In this document: piece after piece, positions 9,339-17,411 of the stretch
Layout of the letters: every line of letters begins with the position of its first letter
Position numbering within the stretch: position 1 is the first letter of the stretch
NCBI GenBank assembly: GCA_965116305.1
Contig: OZ220673.1
Coordinates: 469,784-533,783, forward strand
DNA length: 64,000 nt
Source of the DNA: Dehalococcoidia bacterium
Lineage (GTDB): Bacteria; Chloroflexota; Dehalococcoidia; Lucifugimonadales; Australimonadaceae
Direction of reading: 5' to 3'
The notes under the pieces: model-generated
The model's input: the letters and a program-made list of their open reading frames with translations, nothing else
Database searches by the model: none
What the model was told of the DNA's origin: nothing
Position numbers and translations under genes: made by a program

Positions 9339-10159
9339 TCTGCAAATTCACGCTGTATTCGTTCCACTATTTTGTTGTGCCATTCGCCATACTTGAACAG
9401 CAGGTTGTTTGACAGCCAAGCTTTTTCGGTTATGGCGTTCAGCGTCCATGCCAATGCTGAAACATCTGGACCGACAAAGAAGGCGTAATACTGCCCCACA
9501 TCAGGTTGGTTTGCATCCGGCTGTCCGTCCGGATTAAGTACAGTCACACCAGAAACAGTGCGTATAATCAAATACTGTTGGAGCACATGAACTATATTTG
9601 GTTGTCGTGCCAGGGGTACTTCGGGATGTTCATTGTAGAAATCTGTAATGTGGTCGCACACGGTATTTGCGTCGATCCCGTCATAGGCGAAGACGATTTT
9701 GTAAGGTGTATCTTGCCAGCTGTCTTCACTGATCTTCAAGAAAGGCGGCACAATCCCTCGTTGGTCAGGCATAGTAGGAACGGAAGCACAGTTGTTTAAC
9801 GCATCTATGAGAGTGTTCTTATCCAGGCGTGACTTTATTTCTGCTACTGCAACAGTACCTTCCAGTGGTGCGATGTATCGATTTCCGCGAGGCATTATGA
9901 ATCTGGGCGTGCTGCCATTGGTTGCTATAATGTCAACTTGGGTTGATGAATTACCTTTCATGTCGAAAACGTATCCTCCAAGGAACACATCACACATCTT
10001 GGGTAGGTGACGCTCTAGGAACGTTCGATACACTTCTTCCCGTTCCGTGCCTACTCCTGTTGGGTTCGTAAGCAAGCCGGCTTGCCTCGCTTGGCTACGC
10101 AGTTCGTCTGCAATCGAGATGTAATGTTGCTTGAGGTGATCAAAGACGTCTGGTGTCAT
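9335..10159 (-). CDS. Hypothetical protein with a PD-(D/E)xK-like nuclease motif (from memory it resembles the DUF6602 family); passenger gene between hsdM and hsdS
   Basis: 274 aa counted from ATG 10159 (the ORF-track ORF extends to 10315 but overlaps hsdM). Motifs are GTEREEVYRTFLERHLP, STQVDIIATNG and GTVAVAEIKSRL, i.e. E ... D ... E-x-K. There are ATGA start/stop overlaps at both ends. The gene is markedly AT-richer than its flanks. Confidence 0.6.
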   Translation of the reverse strand: MTPDVFDHLKQHYISIADELRSQARQAGLLTNPTGVGTEREEVYRTFLERHLPKMCDVFLGGYVFDMKGNSSTQVDIIATNGSTPRFIMPRGNRYIAPLEGTVAVAEIKSRLDKNTLIDALNNCASVPTMPDQRGIVPPFLKISEDSWQDTPYKIVFAYDGIDANTVCDHITDFYNEHPEVPLARQPNIVHVLQQYLIIRTVSGVTVLNPDGQPDANQPDVGQYYAFFVGPDVSALAWTLNAITEKAWLSNNLLFKYGEWHNKIVERIQREFAE

Positions 10160-12282
10160 AGAGAAACTATCTCCGCCAGCAACCCTTCGGTTTCCTGCTC
10201 TAAAGCCAGGATATCGGCCCGTATCTCGTCGAGTGCCCGCAGCGGCTGCGGCTTGTAGAAGTGACGCGTGAAGCTGATCTCGTAGCCGACCTTGACCTCC
10301 GACGGTACATACCATGCGTCCGGCGCGTAGGGCAGTACCTCCCGCCGCAGGAACCCTTCGATGCAGCCCTCCTCCAGCAGCGGCACCTGCTCGGTGTCGC
10401 GTAGTTCCGGGTCGGGCTCGTACTCCACTACGGTGCTCTGGCCGTCCACGTCAGTTGCGATCAGTCCACGGATTGGGTCGGGTTCAACCACACTCCGCTT
10501 GTGGGTCTTCTTGATGACAGGTGCAGCGGCCACTTCGCGAGATGCCAAAGCCATCTGCAATAGGTTCTTCCGCTTGACCGTCAATTTGACGCCATGCGCA
10601 GAAGCATCCGCCACAACGACTTCCATGAATCGGTTGAAGTCTGCGTGAGGTCCGTCGCCCAGCACTGTTGCCACCCGGTCGATGACGTTGGCGAGCGGCT
10701 CTTCGTTCGCGTCTCGGCAAGCGTCGCGGAAGCTTTGGCGGCGCTCCGGCGACAACTCCACGGTGAGCCGCAGCGGCCGTTCCACGGTGACCTTCCAGTA
10801 ACCGAATGCCTCGTTGAGGAATATCTTCGACTGCTCGGTTTCGTTGAACGCGAAGAACGTGTTGCAGATGCGTCGGATATCCTCGTCCGACAGTTCGCAG
10901 TTCTTGCTGCCGAGGTTCTTGCGGAGGGGGCGGCGCCACTGGGTGGCGTCGATGAGCTGCACCATTCCCTTGCGGTGCGCCGTCTTGCGGTTGCTCAGCA
11001 CCCAGATATACGTGGCGATGCCGGTGTTATAGAACATGTTCAGCGGCAGGGCGACGATCGCCTCCAGCCAGTCGTTCTCGATGATCCAGCGGCGGATGTT
11101 GCTCTCGCCCTGCCCCGCGTCGCCGGTGAACAGCGAACTGCCGTTGTGCACTTCGGCGATGCGGCTGCCTATCGGAGTCTGTTCGCTCGGGGACTTCATC
11201 TTGCTCAACATGTTGGCCAGGAACATCATCTGGCCGTCGCTGGAGCGGGTGATGAGGGAGTAGTCCGGGTCGCCGCCGTGCTCGACGACGAAGCGCGGGT
11301 CTGTGATGCCGCTCTTGCCGCCCATGTCCTCCAGGTCGCTCTTCCAGCTCTTGCCGTAGGGCGGATTGGACAGCATGAAGTCGAATTCCTGGGCGGGGAA
11401 GGCATCCTTGGCGAGGGTGGAGCCGAACCGCATGTTGTCAGCCTCTGCGCCCTCGCCCTTCAGAATGAGGTCGGCCTTGCTGATGGCGTACGTCTCCCCG
11501 TTCACTTCTTGGCCGAACAGGTGGATGGAGACGTCCTTGCCCTGCTCGGCGGCCAGTTCCATGAGCGTGCCCTCGGCAACGGTCAGCATGCCGCCGGTGC
11601 CGCAGGCGCCGTCGTAGACGAGGTAGGTGCCGGACCTGATCTCGTCTGCCACGGGCAGGAACACGAGGCGCGCCATGAGTTGCACCACGTCTCTGGGAGT
11701 GAAGTGCTCCCCGGCCTCCTCGTTGTTCTCCTCGTTGAACCGCCTGATCAGCTCCTCGAAGACCGTGCCCATGCCGTGGTTGTCCAGCCCCTCGAGCCGC
11801 ACGGAGCCGTCGGCGTTCAGGACGGGGCGCGGGCTGAGGTTGATGGACCTGTCCGTGAACTTCTCGATGAGGAAGCCAAGCCGCCCCGTGTCCGCGAGCC
11901 TGGGGATCTGGTTGCGGAACTCGAACTTGTCCAGCACCTCTTGGATATTTGGTGAGAAGCCGTCGAGGTACTCCTCGAAGTCTGCCTTCAACTGCTGCAC
12001 ATTAGTGCGCGAGGTGAGATCGCCGAGCAGAACGCGTGACGTGTTATAGAAAGACTCGCCGGAGGCCTGGCGCAACGGGCCATCTTGGTTTGCTATACCG
12101 GCGGCGTCCAGATGCTTCTTCGTGGCACGCACCGCTTCCTTTGTCGGTTCCAGGACGGCATCGAGGCGGCGGATGACCGTCATAGGCAGGATCACGTCGC
12201 GGTACTTGCCCCGCACGTAGACATCGCGCAGCACGTCGTCCGCGATGCCCCAGATGAAGCTGCTGATGTTCAGTGCGCTCAC
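10156..12282 (-). CDS. hsdM: Type I R-M DNA methyltransferase subunit (HsdM)
   Basis: Motifs VYDGACGTGGML (SAM binding) and LSNPPYGKSWK (N6-adenine MTase motif IV). The likely start is GTG 12282, with GGAGGA 8 nt upstream, giving VSALNISSFIWGIADDVLRD. The ORF-track ORF runs to 12402 through a repeat. Confidence 0.92.
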   Translation of the reverse strand: MSALNISSFIWGIADDVLRDVYVRGKYRDVILPMTVIRRLDAVLEPTKEAVRATKKHLDAAGIANQDGPLRQASGESFYNTSRVLLGDLTSRTNVQQLKADFEEYLDGFSPNIQEVLDKFEFRNQIPRLADTGRLGFLIEKFTDRSINLSPRPVLNADGSVRLEGLDNHGMGTVFEELIRRFNEENNEEAGEHFTPRDVVQLMARLVFLPVADEIRSGTYLVYDGACGTGGMLTVAEGTLMELAAEQGKDVSIHLFGQEVNGETYAISKADLILKGEGAEADNMRFGSTLAKDAFPAQEFDFMLSNPPYGKSWKSDLEDMGGKSGITDPRFVVEHGGDPDYSLITRSSDGQMMFLANMLSKMKSPSEQTPIGSRIAEVHNGSSLFTGDAGQGESNIRRWIIENDWLEAIVALPLNMFYNTGIATYIWVLSNRKTAHRKGMVQLIDATQWRRPLRKNLGSKNCELSDEDIRRICNTFFAFNETEQSKIFLNEAFGYWKVTVERPLRLTVELSPERRQSFRDACRDANEEPLANVIDRVATVLGDGPHADFNRFMEVVVADASAHGVKLTVKRKNLLQMALASREVAAAPVIKKTHKRSVVEPDPIRGLIATDVDGQSTVVEYEPDPELRDTEQVPLLEEGCIEGFLRREVLPYAPDAWYVPSEVKVGYEISFTRHFYKPQPLRALDEIRADILALEQETEGLLAEIVSL

Positions 12283-12300
12283 GCTACTCGTCCTCCGGCG

Positions 12301-12420
12301 CCTCACCTTACAAGTGGAGAGGACCAGAGGCAACGTGCCCATATCCTCACCTCTCCCATTGGGAGAGAGCCTGCCGTGAGCTTGTCGAACAGGTCGCCGC
12401 ACAGCAGCGGGTGAGGGTTA
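12301..12420. repeat. Intergenic repeat cluster (family B)
   Basis: CCTCACCTTACAAGTGGAGAGG, CCTCACCTCTCCCATTGGGAGAGAG and GCGGGTGAGGGT. Confidence 0.75.
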
Positions 12421-12556
12421 TGCCCCAACGTCAGATTTGTGACATCCGCCCGTTGCGATGACGAACCGCCCCTCCGTACGCTGTTATCGACGGCCCAACG
12501 CCACCGGCGGCATCGCCGGGGCGCAGGCCGAATCCGTGGAGGAGGCATGTCACCAA

Positions 12557-12958
12557 ATGTCACCAAATGTCACCATCAGAAAAGAGGCCGCACTCTCCCC
12601 TCGACAGTCCGCAGCGCTGCCCTACATCGTGTCCGAACCTACCTTGACGCGGGGCGCTCAGGCCGCTCACATAACCAAACGCACCCTCATGCGCTGGATG
12701 AACGAGCCCGCCTTTCGCGCGGAGCTGGAGCGCGTCCGCAGGAACATCGCGGATCTCGCTTACACGGAGTTGGAGGGACTCACGTTCAAGGGCGTCATCC
12801 GGATAGCGCAACTGATGGACAGCGACAACGAGGGCATCGCGCACCGCGCATCGAAGACCGCGCTCTCCATGTCCCAGTCGTTCCGCGAGCAGCGCCAGCT
12901 CCACCAGCAGCTCGAAACGCTGGAGAACGCCATCACCATCATGAGGCAGCAGCGATGA
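12557..12958 (+). CDS. Small HTH-type protein, phage/terminase-small-subunit-like
   Basis: SPRQSAALPYIVSEPTLTRGAQAAHITKRTLMRWMNEPAFRAELERVRR is a typical phage-type HTH N-terminus. ATG 12557 lies 11 nt after GGAGG (12541-12545). The ORF could also start at ATG 12458. Confidence 0.55.
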   Translation: MSPNVTIRKEAALSPRQSAALPYIVSEPTLTRGAQAAHITKRTLMRWMNEPAFRAELERVRRNIADLAYTELEGLTFKGVIRIAQLMDSDNEGIAHRASKTALSMSQSFREQRQLHQQLETLENAITIMRQQR

Positions 12959-13338
12959 GGGCCAGGGTGAGGGCGCTCGAACGCTATCTCGGTTGCCTCT
13001 CGGCGCAGGCCAAACTCGCACCCATCGCGGAGCGCTACGTTGAGGCGTGGATAGACGCGATGGAGGGCGGCTGGCCGCTACCCGACCTCACCTATCTCTT
13101 CCAGGCGTCGGCAGCCGTACACGTTCCCATCCTCAACCCTGGTCCCATCACCAGCTACCTCCAGCATTGCGCGAGGAGAAAGGAGATCCCGGAGGAGGAA
13201 CGCATCGTGCTGGCCATCGCCCACGCCTACGCGGAGGGCAACCCGTTCGAGAACATGGAGAAGACGTGCCGATGTCCTGCCCGGCGTCCGCTCGTCGGGC
13301 GAGGGCGGTCGAGGCCCAACCCCTTCCACGGACCATGA
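12955..13338 (+). CDS. Hypothetical protein, translationally coupled to the preceding HTH gene
   Basis: MRARVRALERYLGCLSAQAKLAPIAERYVEAWIDAMEGG... There is an ATGA overlap with the upstream stop at 12955-12958. I recognise no domain. The 3' end runs toward a repeat cluster. Confidence 0.4.
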   Translation: MRARVRALERYLGCLSAQAKLAPIAERYVEAWIDAMEGGWPLPDLTYLFQASAAVHVPILNPGPITSYLQHCARRKEIPEEERIVLAIAHAYAEGNPFENMEKTCRCPARRPLVGRGRSRPNPFHGP

Positions 13339-13348
13339 TGGCAAACTC

Positions 13349-13444
13349 GTCATGCCGGCGAACGCTGGCATCCAGCGCGCGCAGCGCCCATATCTCACCT
13401 CTCCCCCTGGGAGAGGTCGCCGCGGAGCGGCGGGTGAGGGTGAG
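13349..13444. repeat. Intergenic repeat cluster (A-variant plus B)
   Basis: GTCATGCCGGCGAACGCTGGCATCCAG and CTCACCTCTCCCCCTGGGAGAGGTCGCCGCGGAGCGGCGGGTGAGGGTGAG. Confidence 0.8.
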
Positions 13445-13573
13445 TTCTCGTTTGACCCTCCCCAAGCCGTATGGTAGCGTGCCGATGAAGCGTGTCCGCG
13501 ACCCTTCCTCCGGCAAGAGCAGCGTAACGGCGGCGATTACGGGTGCGTGTGGAGCGAGGAGGAGAGGCCACCG

Positions 13574-15088
13574 ATGCAGACCCCCACGAACGCCCGCGAC
13601 TCCCTGAAGGCCCTTGCAGACGATCTGCTTCGGGACCAGCGCCTCATCCTCGTCTCCAACCGTGGCCCCATGGAGTACCACGTCGCGTCCGGCGGCGAGT
13701 TGCAGGCCCGCCGTGGCAGCGGCGGCGTCGTGACCGCGCTCAGCGGACTCACGAACCACGTCGATTTCACCTGGATCGCCTCGGCCATGAGCGAGGGCGA
13801 CCGCCGGGCCGCGCGGGCGAACGCGGGCAGGGCGGTCCCGTCGCCCCTGCCCGGCCAGCGCGTCTCCGTAAGGTTCATCAACACCCCCCGCCGCGCCTAC
13901 CACAAGCACTACAACATCATCTGCAATCCCCTCCTCTGGTTCATCCAGCACTACATGTGGAGCTCCCCGTACACGCCCCGCGTCGACGCCGCCGTCTACG
14001 ACGCCTGGGAGAACGGCTACGTCCACGTCAACCGCGAGTTCGCCGACGCCGTCGTGGACGAGGCGGCTCAGACCGACGCCCGTCCGCTGGTGATGGTGCA
14101 CGACTACCAGCTCTACCTCGTCCCCGGCATGGTGCGGGAGCAGCTGCCCCACGCCCGCATCCACGAGTTCGTCCACATCCCGTGGCCCACCGCGAGTTAC
14201 TGGGAGCTCCTTCCGGCCATGATCCGCACCGCCATCTGCGACAGCCTCTGCCAGGCCGACATCGTCGGCTTCCAGGCGCCGCGCGACGTCCGCTCCTTCC
14301 TCGGCAGTTGCGATGCCTTCCTGGACGGGGCCGTCGTCGATCGTGTCGCGTCGTGTGTCCACTACAAGGGACGCACCACCCTCGTTCGCTGCTACCCCAT
14401 CTCCATAGACGTCGACGAGGTGCGCGACATCGCGGATTCCCCGCGCGCCGACGAGTACGAGCAACGGCTCACTCCGCTCCTCGGCAGGCAGACCATCGTT
14501 CGGGTGGACCGCGCCGAACCCAGCAAGAACATCGTCCGGGGCTTCGCGGCCTACGAGACGTTGCTGGACAGGCGTCCCGACCTGCGCGGCAACGTGCGCT
14601 TCCTCGCGTTCCTCGTCCCTTCCCGAACGCACATCCGTCAGTACCAGCGCTACGTGGAGGAAGTGGACACCGCCATCAGGCGCATCAACGACCGGTTCGG
14701 TACGGACGACTGGACGCCCATCCAGGTCTTCTACGAGAACAACTACACCCAGGCCATGGCCGGCATGCGTCTCTACGACGTACTGCTCGTCAACGCCGTC
14801 ATCGACGGCATGAACCTCGTTGCCAAGGAAGGCCCCATCGTCAACCGCAGGGACGGCGTTCTCATCCTCTCGGAGTCCGCCGGAGCCTACGAACAGCTGC
14901 GCGTCGGCGCGCTCCCCGTTGCCCCCGCCGACATCGAAGGCGCGGCTCGGGCGCTCGACGAGGCGCTCTCGATGCCGCCGGAGGAGCGCAAGCGCAGGGC
15001 AGACCTCATGCGGGACTGCATCGAACGCGAGGACATCACCGACTGGCTCCGCCGTCAGCTCCTCGACCTCGACGCCCTCGACAACTGA
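13574..15088 (+). CDS. otsA: Alpha,alpha-trehalose-phosphate synthase (GT20)
   Basis: LILVSNRGPMEYH, HDYQLYLVPGMVR and the overall OtsA pattern. ATG 13574 follows GAGGAGGAGAGG. The ORF-track GTG at 13547 is an alternative start. Confidence 0.9.
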   Translation: MQTPTNARDSLKALADDLLRDQRLILVSNRGPMEYHVASGGELQARRGSGGVVTALSGLTNHVDFTWIASAMSEGDRRAARANAGRAVPSPLPGQRVSVRFINTPRRAYHKHYNIICNPLLWFIQHYMWSSPYTPRVDAAVYDAWENGYVHVNREFADAVVDEAAQTDARPLVMVHDYQLYLVPGMVREQLPHARIHEFVHIPWPTASYWELLPAMIRTAICDSLCQADIVGFQAPRDVRSFLGSCDAFLDGAVVDRVASCVHYKGRTTLVRCYPISIDVDEVRDIADSPRADEYEQRLTPLLGRQTIVRVDRAEPSKNIVRGFAAYETLLDRRPDLRGNVRFLAFLVPSRTHIRQYQRYVEEVDTAIRRINDRFGTDDWTPIQVFYENNYTQAMAGMRLYDVLLVNAVIDGMNLVAKEGPIVNRRDGVLILSESAGAYEQLRVGALPVAPADIEGAARALDEALSMPPEERKRRADLMRDCIEREDITDWLRRQLLDLDALDN

Positions 15089-15102
15089 ATGGAGGCATCA
15101 TC

Positions 15103-16347
15103 GTGACCACATCCAGCTCTTCCTCGAACGGACAGCCTGTCCTGCGGTTCGGCGTCATCGGCGTCGGCAATGCGGGCGGCGGCGTGCTCAACATGATGCG
15201 GGACGAACCCAGGGTCGAGGTCGTGGCCGCAGCCGACCTGCGCCCGCAGGCCCTCGAGGCCTTCCAGCGCGACTTCGGCGGAAAGACGTACGACAGCGTC
15301 GAGGGGATATGCCGGGACCCTGACGTCGACGTGGTCTGGATCGCGACACCGAACCACTTCCACTGTCCGCACACGGTGCTCGCTGCCGAGCACGGAAAGC
15401 ACATCGTCCTCGAAAAGCCGATGGCCCTGTCGCTGGACGAAGCGTCCCTCATGGTCGAGACGGCGGACAAGCATGGCGTCAAGCTGCTCTCAGGCCACAC
15501 CCGCGCATTCGACCCTCCCGTCCAGACGATGTCGCGCATCGTCCGCTCCGGCGAGGTCGGCGCGATCAGGGCGATGAACGTGATGTCGTTCACTGACTGG
15601 ATGCTCCGTCCGCGCATGCCGGAGGAGGTAGACGTACAGACCGGCGGGGGAGTTGCCTTCCGCCAGGCCCCGCACCAGATCGACTCGCTGCGGTTCCTCG
15701 GCGGCGGACTCATCCGAAGTGTGCGCGGCACGACGGGCATATGGATGGAGGGGCGTTCCGGGGCTCCGGGGTACTACACGGCCTATCTGGAGTTCGAGGA
15801 CGGAACGCCGGCCACCATCGTCTACAACGCCTACGGCTACTTCCTCGCCAACGAGCTGCTGCCTTGGGAGATGGAGGCGGGAGCGCAGGCGGAGAACCGG
15901 GCGCGCGTCAGGAACGGCATCAATACCGGCACGTTGGACCAGGCCCGGGCGAAGGATGAGATGCGGACCGCCAGCATGCAGGGACAACGCAACGCATTGG
16001 AGGGTGGGGGAGCCCCCTCCGGCCCTCCGCGGCAGCGCTTCCAGAGCGACCTCGGGCTGTTGCTCGTCACCTGTGAGCGCGGCCTGCTGCGCCAGTCGCC
16101 GAACGGCATCTACGTCTACAACGACGACGGCCTTCGGGAGGAACCCATCGAAGTGAAGGAAAGCGGCGGCGACCCGACGATCGAGGAGGCCTATAACGGC
16201 ATCGTGCTCGACAAGCCCATATTCCACGATGGCCGCTGGGGTATGGCCACGTTGGAGGTCCAGCTGGGCCTGATGCAGTCGGCCCGTGAACGGCGCGAGG
16301 TGTTGCTCGAGCACCAGGTGCCGGTGCCATCGGACCTTGCTCACTAG
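15103..16347 (+). CDS. Gfo/Idh/MocA-family NAD(P)-dependent oxidoreductase
   Basis: LRFGVIGVGNAGGGVL (Rossmann) and HIVLEKPMAL. GTG 15103 lies 7 nt after GGAGG. In the ORF track it is the tail of the 13543-16347 frame. Confidence 0.8.
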   Translation: MTTSSSSSNGQPVLRFGVIGVGNAGGGVLNMMRDEPRVEVVAAADLRPQALEAFQRDFGGKTYDSVEGICRDPDVDVVWIATPNHFHCPHTVLAAEHGKHIVLEKPMALSLDEASLMVETADKHGVKLLSGHTRAFDPPVQTMSRIVRSGEVGAIRAMNVMSFTDWMLRPRMPEEVDVQTGGGVAFRQAPHQIDSLRFLGGGLIRSVRGTTGIWMEGRSGAPGYYTAYLEFEDGTPATIVYNAYGYFLANELLPWEMEAGAQAENRARVRNGINTGTLDQARAKDEMRTASMQGQRNALEGGGAPSGPPRQRFQSDLGLLLVTCERGLLRQSPNGIYVYNDDGLREEPIEVKESGGDPTIEEAYNGIVLDKPIFHDGRWGMATLEVQLGLMQSARERREVLLEHQVPVPSDLAH

Positions 16348-16367
16348 CGCAGACAGGAGGTGCTTCC

Positions 16368-17381
16368 ATGCCGGACGTCCAGATGAGCCTGATCGGGAGC
16401 CCCGCCGACATCGTCAACCCGCTCTTCGAGGGCGAGGTCAAGCCGGAGGGGATAGAGCTCACGGCCACACGCGCCGACGGTTCGACCGGCTACTGGCGTC
16501 AGTTCACCTTCAACGAGTTCGATGTCTCCTCCCTCTCCGTAGCCTCGTACATCATCGCCCGGAGCAAGGGGTATGACGCCGTGGCGTTGCCGGTATTCGC
16601 GTCGCGCCGGTTCATGCACGCCGAGCTCCGCCACCACGCGGACTCCGGCATAAGCGTCCCCGCCGACCTGAAGGGCAAGCGCGTGGGAGTCCCCGAGTAC
16701 CAGATGACCGCGTCAATCTGGCTGCGCGGCGTGCTCGAACACGATTTCGGCGTCTCGCAGTACGACATCCACTGGTTCATGGAGCGCAGCGAGGAGTTCA
16801 GCCACGGCGGTGTGACCGGCTTCGAGCCGCCGGAGGGCATCTCGTTCGCGCGCATCCCGGAGACGGAGAGCCTCGCCTCGATGATCCTCAGCAACCGGAT
16901 CGACGCCGTCTCCGGCCTGGGAGCAGGCGCGGGCGCTCAGGGCAATGTCATCGACCGCTCCTCCCGGATACGCGGGAGCGGTGACTGGAGCAAGGTCAAA
17001 CCGCTCTTTCCCAGCCTCATCGAGGAAGGGTCGCGCTTCTACTCGAGGTACGGCTTCATCCCGGCTACGCAGATGTACACCATCAGGAAGTCGACCTACG
17101 ACAAGTACCCGTGGGCCGCGTTCAACCTGTACGACGCCTTCGTACGGGCCAAGCGGCGCGCCGAGGCCACGCTCAACGAGCGAATCCCCTCTTTCATGGT
17201 GTTCGGCAGGGAGTACATGGCGCAGACCCGCAAGCTGCTCGACGGCGACCCGTTCGTCTACGGGGTGGAGGCGAATCGCCCCATGATCGAAACCGTCATC
17301 GACTTTCTCCACGAGCAGCATCTCATCGCGGATAAGCCGAAGGTCGAGGACCTCTTTGCGCCGAGCGTGCTCAGCCTCTAG
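16368..17381 (+). CDS. NMT1/THI5-like periplasmic-binding-fold protein (4,5-dihydroxyphthalate decarboxylase-like)
   Basis: 337-aa ORF. LKGKRVGVPEYQMTASIWLRGVLEHDFGV and the overall pattern recall PhtD-type proteins. The family assignment is from memory only. Confidence 0.55.
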   Translation: MPDVQMSLIGSPADIVNPLFEGEVKPEGIELTATRADGSTGYWRQFTFNEFDVSSLSVASYIIARSKGYDAVALPVFASRRFMHAELRHHADSGISVPADLKGKRVGVPEYQMTASIWLRGVLEHDFGVSQYDIHWFMERSEEFSHGGVTGFEPPEGISFARIPETESLASMILSNRIDAVSGLGAGAGAQGNVIDRSSRIRGSGDWSKVKPLFPSLIEEGSRFYSRYGFIPATQMYTIRKSTYDKYPWAAFNLYDAFVRAKRRAEATLNERIPSFMVFGREYMAQTRKLLDGDPFVYGVEANRPMIETVIDFLHEQHLIADKPKVEDLFAPSVLSL

Positions 17382-17411
17382 CGAGCTTGCCTGGTCCTCG
17401 GTAGTACAGGC

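Noticed and set aside
12439-13338. 299-aa ORF in the frame of the first ATG (12547) of the tandem repeat.
   Set aside because: Its first ~170 codons are Arg/His-rich nonsense overlapping the well-formed HTH gene in another frame. Only its distal part, from ATG 12955, looks like a real coupled gene.
13543-16347. 934-aa ORF that appears to span otsA and the oxidoreductase.
   Set aside because: Only its last ~414 codons, from GTG 15103 with an SD, are the Gfo/Idh/MocA gene. The upstream part is an off-frame read-through of otsA with an Arg/Pro-rich nonsense translation.
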